The translations under genes were made by a program, and so were the position numbers. Below the pieces are notes generated by a model. The model worked only from the letters and a program-made list of their open reading frames with translations, did not search any database and had not been told where the DNA came from. This document shows, piece after piece, positions 42,613-58,700 of a stretch of DNA of 64,000 nt. This stretch comes from Eledone cirrhosa. Lineage: Eukaryota. The DNA lies in the NCBI GenBank assembly GCA_964016885.1, contig OZ024743.1, positions 76,694,001 through 76,758,000 of the forward strand, written 5' to 3'. Every line of letters begins with the position of its first letter. The stretch's first letter is position 1.

Positions 42613-43715
42613 TGGCTCAGCACGTCCTCTATCTCAGCGGCCGAAATCGGCTCCTCGCAGGACTTCGCCTCCCTGTCCGAGAGGCGCGGCAGGCCGTCGA
42701 GGTATGGACCGAAGTCCACGTTCCCAACCGGCTCCCCGCCCCTCCCGAACAGTCGGGCAAAGTGCCTTTGAAAGGCCTCGCACATCTGCTTAGGCTCAAG
42801 AATCGCCCGTCCATCCAGGTCTCGCAACGACCGGATGGTGGATTTAGTTCCACTGTTGGCCTCTGTCACGCGGGCCCAGCTAACAGCTTTGGTCCCCTCG
42901 TTCCCTAGAGCACGTATTTTACTTCGGACAACGCAGCCTTCGTGCTTCGCGTCGAAAAACTGGCTCAAAGCCGTTCTCGACGCTAGCACTCTGGCCACGT
43001 CGCCGCTTCTAATTGCCTCTTCTACTCTATCTATTAGCTCCCTTTCCTTCCTATTCCTATCCGCAGCTAGAACCTTACTAAATTCTATCGAGACTACTCT
43101 AATCTCTCTCTTTAGAGATACCCACCACCTGCTGTTGACGATCGCTCCAGTCAACCGTTCCTTAACTAACGTACTAATCCGATTCCTGTAGGCTCTACTT
43201 GCCGGCAAGGACAAGTTGAGCTTCCAGTAACCGGGGCCCTGTCTATGAGTTCTGTCAAGGTTGACCATGCAGGTCACTAATTTGTGGTCTGAATAGCCAA
43301 CCATGCGCATTTTTGGACAACTTAAAAAGTCCTTATCCTTAATTCTAACTAAGAACCTATCTAGGTACGACCTAGATGATCCGCTACGATTTGCCCAAGT
43401 CCAGGTTGGCGCAGTCGGAAAATCTAGTCCATATCTATCGGCCAGGTCAAATCGACCGATTAACCCTTTGAGGATATTACACCCCTCTCTATCGGGGCAG
43501 GCCCCTACGTAGTCCCAGCGTGCATCTAGGATACCATTCCAGTACCCCACTAATAGCAAGGAGCGGGACGTCCCCAGAAAAGTCTCTAGACGATGGAAGA
43601 AGTCCGGCCACATTGACCCGAAAGGGCCGTAGGCGGCTACCAACCTAAACGCTCCGCCTTTACCACTGCCAAGGTCCAGAACCACTAGTCGACCCTCCGG
43701 GTCCAAATGTACCAT
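42558..43715 (-). CDS. ORF2 apurinic-like endonuclease (N-terminally truncated) and linker
   Basis: EGRLVVLD, LVAAYGP, VGYWN (GDxN position), TWTW, SYLDRFLV, SDHKLV and GYWKLN. It joins the RT frame at KSP/PG near 42592-42595. Confidence 0.88.
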   Translation of the reverse strand: MVHLDPEGRLVVLDLGSGKGGAFRLVAAYGPFGSMWPDFFHRLETFLGTSRSLLLVGYWNGILDARWDYVGACPDREGCNILKGLIGRFDLADRYGLDFPTAPTWTWANRSGSSRSYLDRFLVRIKDKDFLSCPKMRMVGYSDHKLVTCMVNLDRTHRQGPGYWKLNLSLPASRAYRNRISTLVKERLTGAIVNSRWWVSLKREIRVVSIEFSKVLAADRNRKERELIDRVEEAIRSGDVARVLASRTALSQFFDAKHEGCVVRSKIRALGNEGTKAVSWARVTEANSGTKSTIRSLRDLDGRAILEPKQMCEAFQRHFARLFGRGGEPVGNVDFGPYLDGLPRLSDREAKSCEEPISAAEIEDVLSQCGKRKSPVSMVFLTNYI

Positions 43716-43752
43716 CTGTGTTGCGAGACCCAGATGTTTTTGCAGCAGATCG

Positions 43753-46700
43753 AGATATAATATAGATATAATATAACTAACATATTAACAAGACACTGGA
43801 GTCAGCTATTGACTGTAATATAGATATAATATATCTATAATATAACTAACATATTAACAAGACACTGTAGTCAGCTATTGACTGTAATATAGATATAATA
43901 TAGATATAATATAACTAACATATTAACAAGACACTGGAGTCAGCTATTGACTGTAATATAGATATAATATATCTATAATATAACTAACATATTAACAAGA
44001 CACTGGAGTCAGCTATTGACTGTAATATAGATATAATATAGATATAATATAACTAGCATATTAACAAGACACTTGAGTCAGCTATTGACTGTAATATAGA
44101 TATAATATAGATATAATATAACTAACATATTAACAAGACACTGGAGTCAGCTATTTACTGTAATATAGATATAATATATCTATAATATAACTAACATATT
44201 AACAAGACACTGGAGTCTGCTATTGACTGTAATATAGATATAATATATCTATAATATAACTTACATATTAACAAGACACTGGAGTCAGCTATTGACTGTA
44301 ATATAGATATAATATAGATATAATATAGATATAATATAACTAACATATTAACAAGACACTGGAGTCAGCTATTGACTGTAATATAGATATAATATATCTA
44401 TAATATAACTAACATATTAACAAGACACTACAGTCAGCTATTGACTGTAATATAGATATAATATAGATATAATATAACTAACATATTAACAAGACACTGG
44501 AGTCAGCTATTTACTGTAACATAGATATAATATAGATATAATATAACTAACATATTAACAAGACACTGGAGTCAGCTATTGACTGTAATATAGATATAAT
44601 ATAGATATAATATAACCAACATATTAACAAAACACTGGAGACAGCTATAGACTGTAATATAGATATAATATAGATATAATATAACTAACATATTAACAAG
44701 ACACTGGAGTCAGCTATTTACTGTAACATAGATATAATATAGATATAATATAACTAACATATTAACAAGACACTGGAGTCAGCTATTGACTGTAATATAG
44801 ATATAATATAGATATAATATAACTAACATATTAACAAGACACTGGAGTCAGCTATTGACTGTAATATAGATATAATGTATCTATAATATAACTAACATAT
44901 TAACAGGACACTGGAGTCTGCTATTGACTGTAATATAAATATAATATATCTATAATATAACTAACATATTAACAAGACACTGGAGCCAGCTATTGACTGT
45001 AATATAGATATAATATAGATATAATATAACTAACATATTAACAAGACACTGGAGTCAGCTATTGATTGTAATATAGATATAATATAGATATAATATAACT
45101 AACATATTAACAAGACGCTGGAGTCAGCTATTGACTGTAATATAGATATAATATAGATATAATATAACTAACATATTAACAAGACACTGGAGTCAGCTAT
45201 TGACTGTAATATAGATATAATATAGATATAATATAACTAACATATTAACAAGACACTGGAGTCAGCTATTGACTGTAATATAGATATAATATATCTATAA
45301 TATAACCAACATATTAACAAGACAATGGTGTCAGCTATTGACTGTAATATAGATATAATATATCTATAATATAACCAACATATTAACAAGACACTGGAGT
45401 CAGCTATTGACTGTAATATAGATATAATATATCTATAATATAACTAACATGTTAACAAGACACTGGAGTCAGCTATTGACTGTAATATAGATATAATATA
45501 TCTATAATATAACCAACATATTAACAAGACACTAAAGTCTGCTATTGACTGTAATATAGATATAATATAGATATAATATAACTAACATATTAACAAGACA
45601 CTGGAGTCAGCTATAGACTGTAATATAGATATATTATATCTATAATATAACTAACATATTAACAAGACACTGGAGTCTGCTATAGACTGTAATATAGATA
45701 TAATATATCTATAATATAACCAACATATTAACAAGACACTGGAGTCAGCTATTGACTGTAATAGAGATATAATATAGATATAATATAACCAACATATTAA
45801 CAAGACACTGGAGTCAGCTATAGACTGTAATATAGATATAATATAGATATAATATAACTAACATATTAACAAGACACTAGAGTCAGCTATTTACTGTAAT
45901 ATAGATATAATATAGATATAATATAACTAACATATTAACAAGACACTGGAGTCAGCTATTGACTGTAATATAGATATAATATAGATATAATATAACTAAC
46001 ATATTAACAAGACACTGGAGTCAGCTATTAATATAGATATAATATATCTATAATATAACTAACATATTAACAGGACACTGGAGTCTGCTATTGACTGTAA
46101 TATAAATATAATATATCTATAATATAACTAACATATTAACAAGACACTGGAGTCAGCTATTGACTGTAATATAGATATAATATAGATATAATATAACTAA
46201 CATATTAACAAGACACTGGAGTCAGCTATTGACTGTAATATAGATATAATATAGATATAATATAACTAACATATTAACAAGACGCTGGAGTCAGCTATTG
46301 ACTGTAGTATAGATATAATATAGATATAATATAACTAACATATTAACAAGACACTGGAGTCAGCTATTGACTGTAATATAGATATAATATAGATATAATA
46401 TAACTAACATATTAACAAGACACTGGAGTCAGCTATTGACTGTAATATAGATATAATATAGATATAATATAACTAACATATTAACAAGACACTGGAGTCA
46501 GCTATTGACTGTAATATAGATATAATATATCTATAATATAACTAACATATTAACAAGACACTACAGTCAGCTATTGACTGTAATATAGATATAATATAGA
46601 TATAATATAACTAACATATTAATAAGACACTGGAGTCAGCTATTGACTGTAATATAGATATAATATATCTATAATATAACTAACATATTAACAAGACACT

Positions 46701-49700
46701 GTAGTCAGCTATTTACTGTAATATAGATATAATATATCTATAATATAACTAACATATTAACAAGACACTGGAGTCAGCTATAGACTGTAATATAGATATA
46801 ATATAGATATAATATAGATATAATATAACTAACATATTAACAAGATACTGGAATCAGCTATTGACTGTAATATAGATATAATATAGATATAATATAACCA
46901 ACATATTAACAAGACACTGGAGTCAGCTATTGACTGTAATATAGATATAATATAGATATAATATAATTAACATATTAACAAGACACTGGAGTCAGCTATT
47001 GACTGTAAAATAGATATAATATATCTATAATATAACTAACATATTAACAAGACACTGGAGTCTGCTATTGACTGTAATATAGATATAATATATCTATAAT
47101 ATAACCAATATATTAACAAGACACTGGAGTCAGCTATTGACTGTAATATAGATATAATATATCTATAATATAACTAACATATTAACAAGACACTGGAGTC
47201 AGCTATTGACTGTAATATAGATATAATATAGATATAATATAACCAACATATTAACAAGACACTGGAGTCAGCTATTGACTGTAATATAGATATAATATAT
47301 CTATAATATAACTAACATATTAACAAGACACTGGAGTCAGCTATTGACTGTAATATAGATATAATATATCTATAATATAACTAACATATTAACAAGACAC
47401 TGGAGTCAGCTATTGACTGTAATATAGATATAATATATCTATAATATAACTAACATATTAACAAGACACTGTAGTCAGCTATTTACTGTAATATAGATAT
47501 AATATAGATATAATATAACTAACATAATAACAAGACACTGGAGTCAGCTATTGACTGTAATATAGATATAATATAGATATAATATAACCAACATATTAAC
47601 AAGACACTAGAGTCAGCTATTGACTGTAATATAGATATAATATTGATATAATATAACCAACATATTAACAAGACACTGGAGTCAGCTATTGACTGTAATA
47701 TAGATATAATATATATATAATATAACTAACATATTAACAAGACACTGGAGTCCGCTATTGACTGTGATATAGATATAATATAGATATAATATAACCAACA
47801 TATTAACAAGACACTGGAGTCAGCTATTGACTGTAATATAGATATAATATAGATATAATATAATTAACATATTAACAAGACACTGGAGTCAGCTATTGAC
47901 TGTAATATAGATATAATATATCTATAATATAACTAACATATTAACAAGACACTGGAGTCTGCTATTGACTGTAATATAGATATAATATATCTATAATATA
48001 ACTAACATATTAACAAGACGCTGGAGTCAGCTATTGACTGTAATATAGATATAATATATCTATAATATAACCAACATATTAACAAGACACTGGAGTCAAC
48101 TATTGACTGTAATATAGATATAATATAGATATAATATAACTAACATATTAACAAGACACTGGAGTCAACTATTGACTGTAATATAGATATAATATAGATA
48201 TAATATAACTAACATATTAACAAGACACTGGAGTCAGCTATTGACTGTAATATAGATATAATATAGATATAATATAACCAACATATTAACAAGACACTGG
48301 AGACAGCTATAGACTGTAATATAGATATAATATAGATATAATATAACTAACATATTAACAAGACACTGGAGTCAGCTATTTACTGTAACATAGATATAAT
48401 ATAGATATAATATAACTAACATATTAACAAGACACTGGAGTCAGTTATTTACTGTAATATAGATATAATATAGATATAATATAACTAACATATTAACAAG
48501 ACACTGGAGTCAGCTATTGACTGTAATATAGATATAATGTATCTATAATATAACTAACATATTAACAGGACACTGGAGTCTGCTATTGACTGTAATATAA
48601 ATATAATATATCTATAATATAACTAACATATTAACAAGACACTGGAGTCAGCTTTTGACTGTAATATAGATATAATATAGATATAATATAACTAACATAT
48701 TAACAAGACACTGGAGTCAGCTATTGACTGTAATATAGATATAATATAGATATAATATAACTAACATATTAACAAGACGCTGGAGTCAGCTATTGACTGT
48801 AATATAGATATAATATAGATATAATATAACTAACACATTAACAAGACACTGGAGTCAGCTATTGACTGTAATATAGATATAATATAGATATAATATAACT
48901 AACATATTAACAAGACACTGGAGTCAGCTATTGACTGTAATATAGATATAATATATCTATAATATAACCAACATATTAACAAGACAATGGTGTCAGCTAT
49001 TGACTGTAATATAGATATAATATATCTATAATATAACCAACATATTAACAAGACACTGGAGTCAGCTATTGACTGTAATATAGATATAATATATCTGTAA
49101 TATAACTAACATGTTAACAAGACACTGGAGTCAGCTATTGACTGTAATATAGATATAATATATCTATAATATAACCAACATATTAACAAGACACTGGAGT
49201 CTGCTATTGACTGTAATATAGATATAATATAGATATAATATAACTAACATATTAACAAGACACTGGAGTCAGCTATAGACTGTAATATAGATATATTATA
49301 TCTATAATATAACTAACATATTAACAAGACACTGGAGTCTGCTATAGACTGTAATATAGATATAATATAGATATAATATAACCAACATATTAACAAGACA
49401 CTGGAGTCAGCTATAGACTGTAATATAGATATAATATAGATATAATATAACTAACATATTAACAAGACACTAGAGTCAGCTATTTACTGTAATATAGATA
49501 TAATATAGATATAATATAACTAACATATTAACAAGACACTGGAGTCAGCTATTGACTGTAATATAGATATAATATAGATATAATATAACTAACATATTAA
49601 CAAGACACTGGAGTCAGCTATTAATATAGATATAATATATCTATAATATAACTAACATATTAACAGGACACTGGAGTCTGCTATTGACTGTAATATAAAT

Positions 49701-52700
49701 ATAATATATCTATAATATAACTAACATATTAACAAGACACTGGAGTCAGCTATTGACTGTAATATAGATATAATATATATATAATATAACTAACATATTA
49801 ACAAGCCACTGGAGTCAGCTATTGACTGTAATATAGATATAATATAGATATAATATAACTAACATATTAACAAGACGCTGGAGTCAGCTATTGACTGTAA
49901 TATAGATATAATATAGATATAATATAACTAACATATTAACAAGACACTGGAGTCAGCTATTGACTGTAATATAGATATAATATAGATATAATATAACTAA
50001 CATATTAACAAGACACTGGAGTCAGCTATTGACTGTAATATAGATATAATATAGATATAATATAACTAACATATTAACAAGACACTGGAGTCAGCTATTG
50101 ACTGTAATATAGATATAATATATCTATAATATAACTAACATATTAACAAGACACTAGAGTCAGCTATTGACTGTAATATAGATATAATATAGATATAATA
50201 TAACTAACATATTAATAAGACACTGGAGTCAGCTATTGACTGTAATATAGATATAATATATCTATAAGATAACTAACATATTAACAAGACACTGTAGTCA
50301 GCTATTTACTGTAATATAGATATAATATATCTATAATATAACTAACATATTAACAAGACACTGGAGTCAGCTATAGACTGTAATATAGATATAATATAGA
50401 TATAATATAGATATAATATAACTAACATATTAACAAGATACTGGAATCAGCTATTGACTGTAATATAGATATAATATAGATATAATATAACCAACATATT
50501 AACAAGACACTGGAGTCAGCTATTGACTGTAATATAGATATAATATAGATATAATATAATTAACATATTAACAAGACACTGGAGTCAGCTATTGACTGTA
50601 AAATAGATATAATATATCTATAATATAACTAACATATTAACAAGACACTGGAGTCTGCTATTGACTGTAATATAGATATAATATATCTATAATATAACCA
50701 ACATATTAACAAGACACTGGAGTCAGCTATTGACTGTAATATAGATATAATATATCTATAATATAACTAACATATTAACAAGACACTGGAGTCAGCTATT
50801 GACTGTAATATAGATATAATATAGATATAATATAACCAACATATTAACAAGACACTGGAGTCAGCTATTGACTGTAATATAGATATAATATATCTATAAT
50901 ATAACTAACATATTAACAAGACACTGGAGTCAGCTATTGACTGTAATATAGATATAATATATCTATAATATAACTAACATATTAACAAGACACTGGAGTC
51001 AGCTATTGACTGTAATGTAGATATAATATATCTATAATATAACTAACATATTAACAAGACACTGTAGTCAGCTATTTACTGTAATATAGATATAATATAG
51101 ATATAATATAACTAACATAATAACAAGACACTGGAGTCAGCTATTGACTGTAATATAGATATAATATAGATATAATATAACCAACATATTAACAAGACAC
51201 TAGAGTCAGCTATTGACTGTAATATAGATATAATATTGATATAATATAACCAACATATTAACAAGACACTGGAGTCAGCTATTGACTGTAATATAGATAT
51301 AATATATATATAATATAACTAACATATTAACAAGACACTGGAGTCCGCTATTGACTGTAATATAGATATAATATAGATATAATATAACCAACATATTAAC
51401 AAGACACTGGAGTCAGCTATTGACTGTAATATAGATATAATATAGATATAATATAATTAACATGTTAACAAGACACTGGAGTCAGCTATTGACTGTAATA
51501 TAGATATAATATATCTATAATATAACTAACATATTAACAAGACACTGGAGTCTGCTATTGACTGTAATATAGATATAATATATCTATAATATAACCAACA
51601 TATTAACAAGACACTGGAGACAGCTATAGACTGTAATATAGATATAATATAGATATAATATAACTAACATATTAATAAGACACTGGAGTCAGCTATTGAC
51701 TGTAATATAGATATAATATAGATATAATATAACTAACATATTAACAAGACACTGGAGTCAGCTATTGACTGTAATATAGATATAATATAGATATAATATA
51801 ACTAACATATTAACAAGACACTGGAGTCAGCTATTGACTGTAATATAGATATAATATATCTATAATATAACTAACATATTAACAAGACACTAGAGTCAGC
51901 TATTGACTGTAATATAGATATAATATAGATATAATATAACTAACATATTAATAAGACACTGGAGTCAGCTATTGACTGTAATATAGATATAATATATCTA
52001 TAATATAACTAACATATTAACAAGACACTGTAGTCAGCTATTTACTGTAATATAGATATAATATATCTATAATATAACTAACATATTAACAAGACACTGG
52101 AGTCAGCTATAGACTGTAATATAGATATAATATAGATATAATATAGATATAATATAACCAACATATTAACAAGACACTGGAGTCAACTATTGACTGTAAT
52201 ATAGATATAATATAGATATAATATAACTAACATATTAACAAGACACTGGAGTCAACTATTGACTGTAATATAGATATAATATATATATAATATAACTAAC
52301 ATATTAACAAAACACTGGAGTCAGCTATAGACTGTAATATAGATATAATATATCTATAATATAACTAACGTATTAACAGGACACTGGAGTCTGCTATTGA
52401 CTGTAATATAAATATAATATATCTATAATATAACTAACATATTAACAAGACACTGGAGTCAGCTATTGACTGTAATATAGATAAAATATAGATATAATAT
52501 AACTAACATATTAACAAGACACTGGAGTCAGCTATTGTCTGTAATATAGATATAATATAGATTAACAAGACACTGGAGTCAGCTATAGACTGTTATATAG
52601 ATATAATATATCTATAATATAACTAACATATTAACAAGACGCTGGAGTCAGCTATAGACTGTAATATAGATATAATATATCTATAATATAACTAACATAT

Positions 52701-55700
52701 TAACAAGACACTGGAGTCAGCTATTGACTGTAATATAGATATAATATAGATATAATATAACCAACATATTAACAAGACACTGGAGTCAGCTATTGACTGC
52801 AATATAGATATAATATAGATATAATATAACCAACATATTAACAAGACACTGGAGTCAGCTATAGACTGTAATATAGATATAATATAGATATAATATAACT
52901 AACATATTAACAAGACACTAGAGTCAGCTATAATATAACTAACATATTAACAAGACACTGGAGTCAGCTATTAATATAGATATAATATATCTATAATATA
53001 ACTAACATATTAACAGGACACTGGAGTCTGCTATTGACTGTAATATAAATATAATATATCTATAATATAACTAACATATTAACAAGACACTGGAGTCAGC
53101 TATTGACTGTAATATAGATAAAATATAGATATAATATAACTAACATATTAACAAGACACTGGAGTCAGCTATAGACTGTTATATAGATATAATATATCTA
53201 TAATATAACTAACATATTAACAAGACACTGGAGTCAGCTATAGATGGAATATAGATATAATATATCTATAATATAACTAACATATTAACAAGACACTGGA
53301 GTCAGCTATTGACTGTAATATAGATATAATATAGATATAATATAACCAACATATTAATAAGACACTGGAGTCAGCTATTGACTGTAATATAGATATAATA
53401 TAGATATAATATAACCAACATATTAACAAGACACTGGAGTCAGCTATAGACTGTAATATAGATATAATATAGATATAATATAACTAACATATTAACAAGA
53501 CACTAGAGTCAGCTATTTACTGTAATATAGATATAATATAGATATAATATAACTAACATATTAACAAGACACTGGAGTCAGCTATTGACTGTAATATAGA
53601 TATAATATAGATATAATATAACTAACATATTAACAAGACACTGGAGTCAGCTATTAATATAGATATAATATATCTATAATATAACTAACATATTATCAAG
53701 ACACTAGAGTCAGCTATTTACTGTAATATAGATATAATATATCTATAATATAACTAACATATTAACAAGACACTGGAGTCAGCTATTGACTGTAATATAG
53801 ATATAATATAGATATAATATAACCAACATATTAACAAGACACTGGAGTCAGCTGTTGACTGTAATATAGATATAATATATCTATAATATAACTAACATAT
53901 TAACAAGACACTGGAGTCAGCTATTGACTGTAATATAGATATAATATATCTATAATATAACAAACATATTAACAAGACACTGTAGTCAGCTATTTAATGT
54001 AATATAGATATAATATAGATATAATATAACTAACATATTAACAAGACACTGGAGTCAGCTATTGACTGTAATATAGATATAATATAGATATAATATAACC
54101 AACATATTAAAAAGACACTAGAGTCAGCTATTGACTGTAATATAGATATAATATAGATATAATATAACCAATATATTATCAAGACACTGGAGTCAGCTAT
54201 TGACTGTAATATAGATATAATATATCTATAATATAATTAACATATTAACAAGACACTGGAGTCAGCTATTGACTGTAATATAGATATAATATATCTATAA
54301 TATAACTAACATATTAACAAGACACTGGAGTCTGCTATTGACTGTAATATAGATATAATATATATATAATATAACTAACATATTAACAAGACACTGGAGT
54401 CCGCTATTGACTGTAATATAGATATAATATAGATATAATATAACCAACAGATTAACAAGACACTGGAGTCAGCTATTGACTGTAATATAGATATAATATA
54501 GATATAATATAATTAACATATTAACAAGACACTGGAGTCAGCTATTGACTGTAATATAGATATAATATATCTATAATATAACTAACATATTAACAAGACA
54601 CTGGAGTCTGCTATTGACTGTAATATAGATATAATATAGATATAATATAACTAACATATTAACAAGACACTGGAGTCAGCTATTGTCTGTAATATAGATA
54701 TAATATAGATATAATATAACTAACATATTAACAAGACACTGGAGTCAGCTATAGACTGATATATAGATATAATATATCTATAATATAACTAACATATTAA
54801 CAAGACACTGGAGTCAGCTATAGACTGTAATATAGATATAATATATCTATAATATAACTAACATATTAACAAGACACTGGAGTCAGCTATAGACTGATAT
54901 ATAGATATAATATATCTATAATATAACTAACATATTAACAAGACACTGGAGTCAGCTATAGACTGTAATATAGATATAATATATCTATAATATAACTAAC
55001 ATATTAACAAGACACTAGAGTCAGCTATTTACTGTAATATAGATATAATATAGATATAATATAACTAACATATTAACAAGACACTGGAGTCAGCTATTGA
55101 CTGTAATATAGATATAATATAGATATAATATAACTAACATATTAACAAGACACTGGAGTCAGCTATTAATATAGATATAATATATCTATAATATAACTAA
55201 CATATTAACAAGACACTAGAGTCAGCTATTTACTGTAATATAGATATAATATATCTATAATATAACTAACATATTAACAAGACACTGGAGTCAGCTATTG
55301 ACTGTAATATAGATATAATATAGATATAATATAACCAACATATTAACAAGACACTGGAGTCAGCTGTTGACTGTAATATAGATATAATATATCTATAATA
55401 TAACTAACATATTAACAAGACACTGGAGTCAGCTATTGACTGTAATATAGATATAATATATCTATAATATAACAAACATATTAACAAGACACTGTAGTCA
55501 GCTATTTAATGTAATATAGATATAATATAGATATAATATAACTAACATATTAACAAGACACTGGAGTCAGCTATTGACTGTAATATAGATATAATATAGA
55601 TATAATATAACCAACATATTAAAAAGACACTAGAGTCAGCTATTGACTGTAATATAGATATAATATAGATATAATATAACCAATATATTATCAAGACACT

Positions 55701-58700
55701 GGAGTCAGCTATTGACTGTAATATAGATATAATATATCTATAATATAATTAACATATTAACAAGACACTGGAGTCAGCTATTGACTGTAATATAGATATA
55801 ATATATCTATAATATAACTAACATATTAACAAGACACTGGAGTCTGCTATTGACTGTAATATAGATATAATATATATATAATATAACTAACATATTAACA
55901 AGACACTGGAGTCCGCTATTGACTGTAATATAGATATAATATAGATATAATATAACCAACAGATTAACAAGACACTGGAGTCTGCTATTGACTGTAATAT
56001 AGATATAATATAGATATAATATAACTAACATATTAACAAGACACTGGAGTCAGCTATTGTCTGTAATATAGATATAATATAGATATAATATAACTAACAT
56101 ATTAACAAGACACTGGAGTCAGCTATAGACTGATATATAGATATAATATATCTATAATATAACTAACATATTAACAAGACACTGGAGTCAGCTATAGACT
56201 GTAATATAGATATAATATATCTATAATATAACTAACATATTAACAAGACACTGGAGTCAGCTATAGACTGTTATATAGATATAATATATCTATAATATAA
56301 CTAACATATTAACAAGACACTGGAGTCAGCTATAGATGGAATATAGATATAATATATCTATAATATAACTAACATATTAACAAGACACTGGAGTCAGCTA
56401 TTGACTGTAATATAGATATAATATAGATATAATATAACCAACATATTAACAAGACACTGGAGTCAGCTATAGACTGTAATATAGATATAATATAGATATA
56501 ATATAACTAACATATTAACAAGACACTAGAGTCAGCTATTTACTGTAATATAGATATAATATAGATATAATATAACTAACATATTAACAAGACACTGGAG
56601 TCAGCTATTGACTGTAATATAGATATAATATAGATATAATATAACTAACATATTAACAAGACACTGGAGTCAGCTATTAATATAGATATAATATATCTAT
56701 AATATAACTAACATATTAACAAGACACTAGAATCAGCTATTTACTGTAATATAGATATAATATATCTATAATATAACTAACATATTAACAAGACACTGGA
56801 GTCAGCTATTGACTGTAATATAGATATAATATAGATATAATATAACCAACATATTAACAAGACACGAGTCAGCTGTTGACTGTAATATAGATATAATATA
56901 TCTATAATATAACTAACATATTAACAAGACACTGGAGTCAGCTATTGACTGTAATATAGATATAATATATCTATAATATAACAAACATATTAACAAGACA
57001 CTGTAGTCAGCTATTTAATGTAATATAGATATAATATAGATATAATATAACTAACATATTAACAAGACACTGGAGTCAGCTATTGACCGTAATATAGATA
57101 TAATATAGATATAATATAACCAACATATTAACAAGACACTAGAGTCAGCTATTGACTGTAATATAGATATAATATAGATATAATATAACCAACATATTAT
57201 CAAGACACTGGAGTCAGCTATTCACTGTAATATAGATATAATATATCTATAATATAATTAACATATTAACAAGACACTGGAGTCAGCTATTGACTGTAAT
57301 ATAGATATAATATATCTATAATATAACTAACATATTAACAAGACACTGGAGTCTGCTATTGACTGTAATATAGATATAATATATATATAATATAACTAAC
57401 ATATTAACAAGACACTGGAGTCCGCTATTGACTGTAATATAGATATAATATAGATATAATATAACCAACATATTAATAAGACACTGGAGTCAGCTATTGA
57501 CTGTAATATAGATATAATATAGATATAATATAATTAACATATTAACAAGACACTGGAGTCAGCTATTGACTGTAATATAGATATAATATATCTATAATAT
57601 AACTAACATATTAACAAGACACTGGAGTCTGCTATTGACTGTAATATAGATATAATATAGATATAATATAACTAACATATTAACAAGACACTGGAGTCAG
57701 CTATTGTCTGTAATATAGATATAATATAGATATAATATAACTAACATATTAACAAGACACTGGAGTCAGCTATAGACTGATATATAGATATAATATATCT
57801 ATAATATAACTAACATATTAACAAGACACTGGAGTCAGCTATAGACTGTAATATAGATATAATATATCTATAATATAACTAACATATTAACAAGACACTG
57901 GAGTCAGCTATTGACTGTAATATAAATATAATATATCTATAATATAACTAACATATTAACAAGACACTGGAGTCAGCTATTGACTGTAATATAGATAAAA
58001 TATAGATATAATATAACTAACATATTAACAAGACACTGGAGTCAGCTATTGTCTGTAATATAGATATAATATAGATATAATATAACTAACATATTAACAA
58101 GACACTGGAGTCAGCTATAGACTGATATATAGATATAATATATCTATAATATAACTAACATATTAACAAGACACTGGAGTCAGCTATAGACTGTAATATA
58201 GATATAATATATCTATAATATAACTAACATATTAACAAGACACTGGAGTCAGCTATTGACTGTAATATAGATATAATATAGATATAATATAACCAACATA
58301 TTAACAAGACACTGGAGTCAGCTATTGACTGTAATATAGATATAATATATCTATAATATAACAAACATATTAACAAGACACTGTAGTCAGCTATTTAATG
58401 TAATATAGATATAATATAGATATAATATAACTAACATATTAACAAGACACTGGAGTCAGCTATTGACTGTAATATAGATATAATATAGATATAATATAAC
58501 CAACATATTAACAAGACACTAGAGTCAGCTATTGACTGTAATATAGATATAATATAGATATAATATAACCAACATATTATCAAGACACTGGAGTCAGCTA
58601 TTGACTGTAATATAGATATAATATATCTATAATATAATTAACATATTAACAAGACACTGGAGTCAGCTATTGACTGTAATATAGATATAATATATCTATA

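Larger units (their letters stand above)
40264..43752 (-). mobile_element. 5'-truncated L1/Tx1-type non-LTR retrotransposon inserted in the satellite
   Basis: APE + RT + CCHC ORF2; 3' UTR ending AATAAAGAAACA; apparent TSD AGATATAATATA at 40252-40263 and 43753-43764; much higher GC than the flanks. Confidence 0.93.

Noticed and set aside
40845-43512. Short + strand and alternative-frame ORFs within the LINE
   Set aside because: Shadow ORFs of the GC-rich ORF2 with no motifs.
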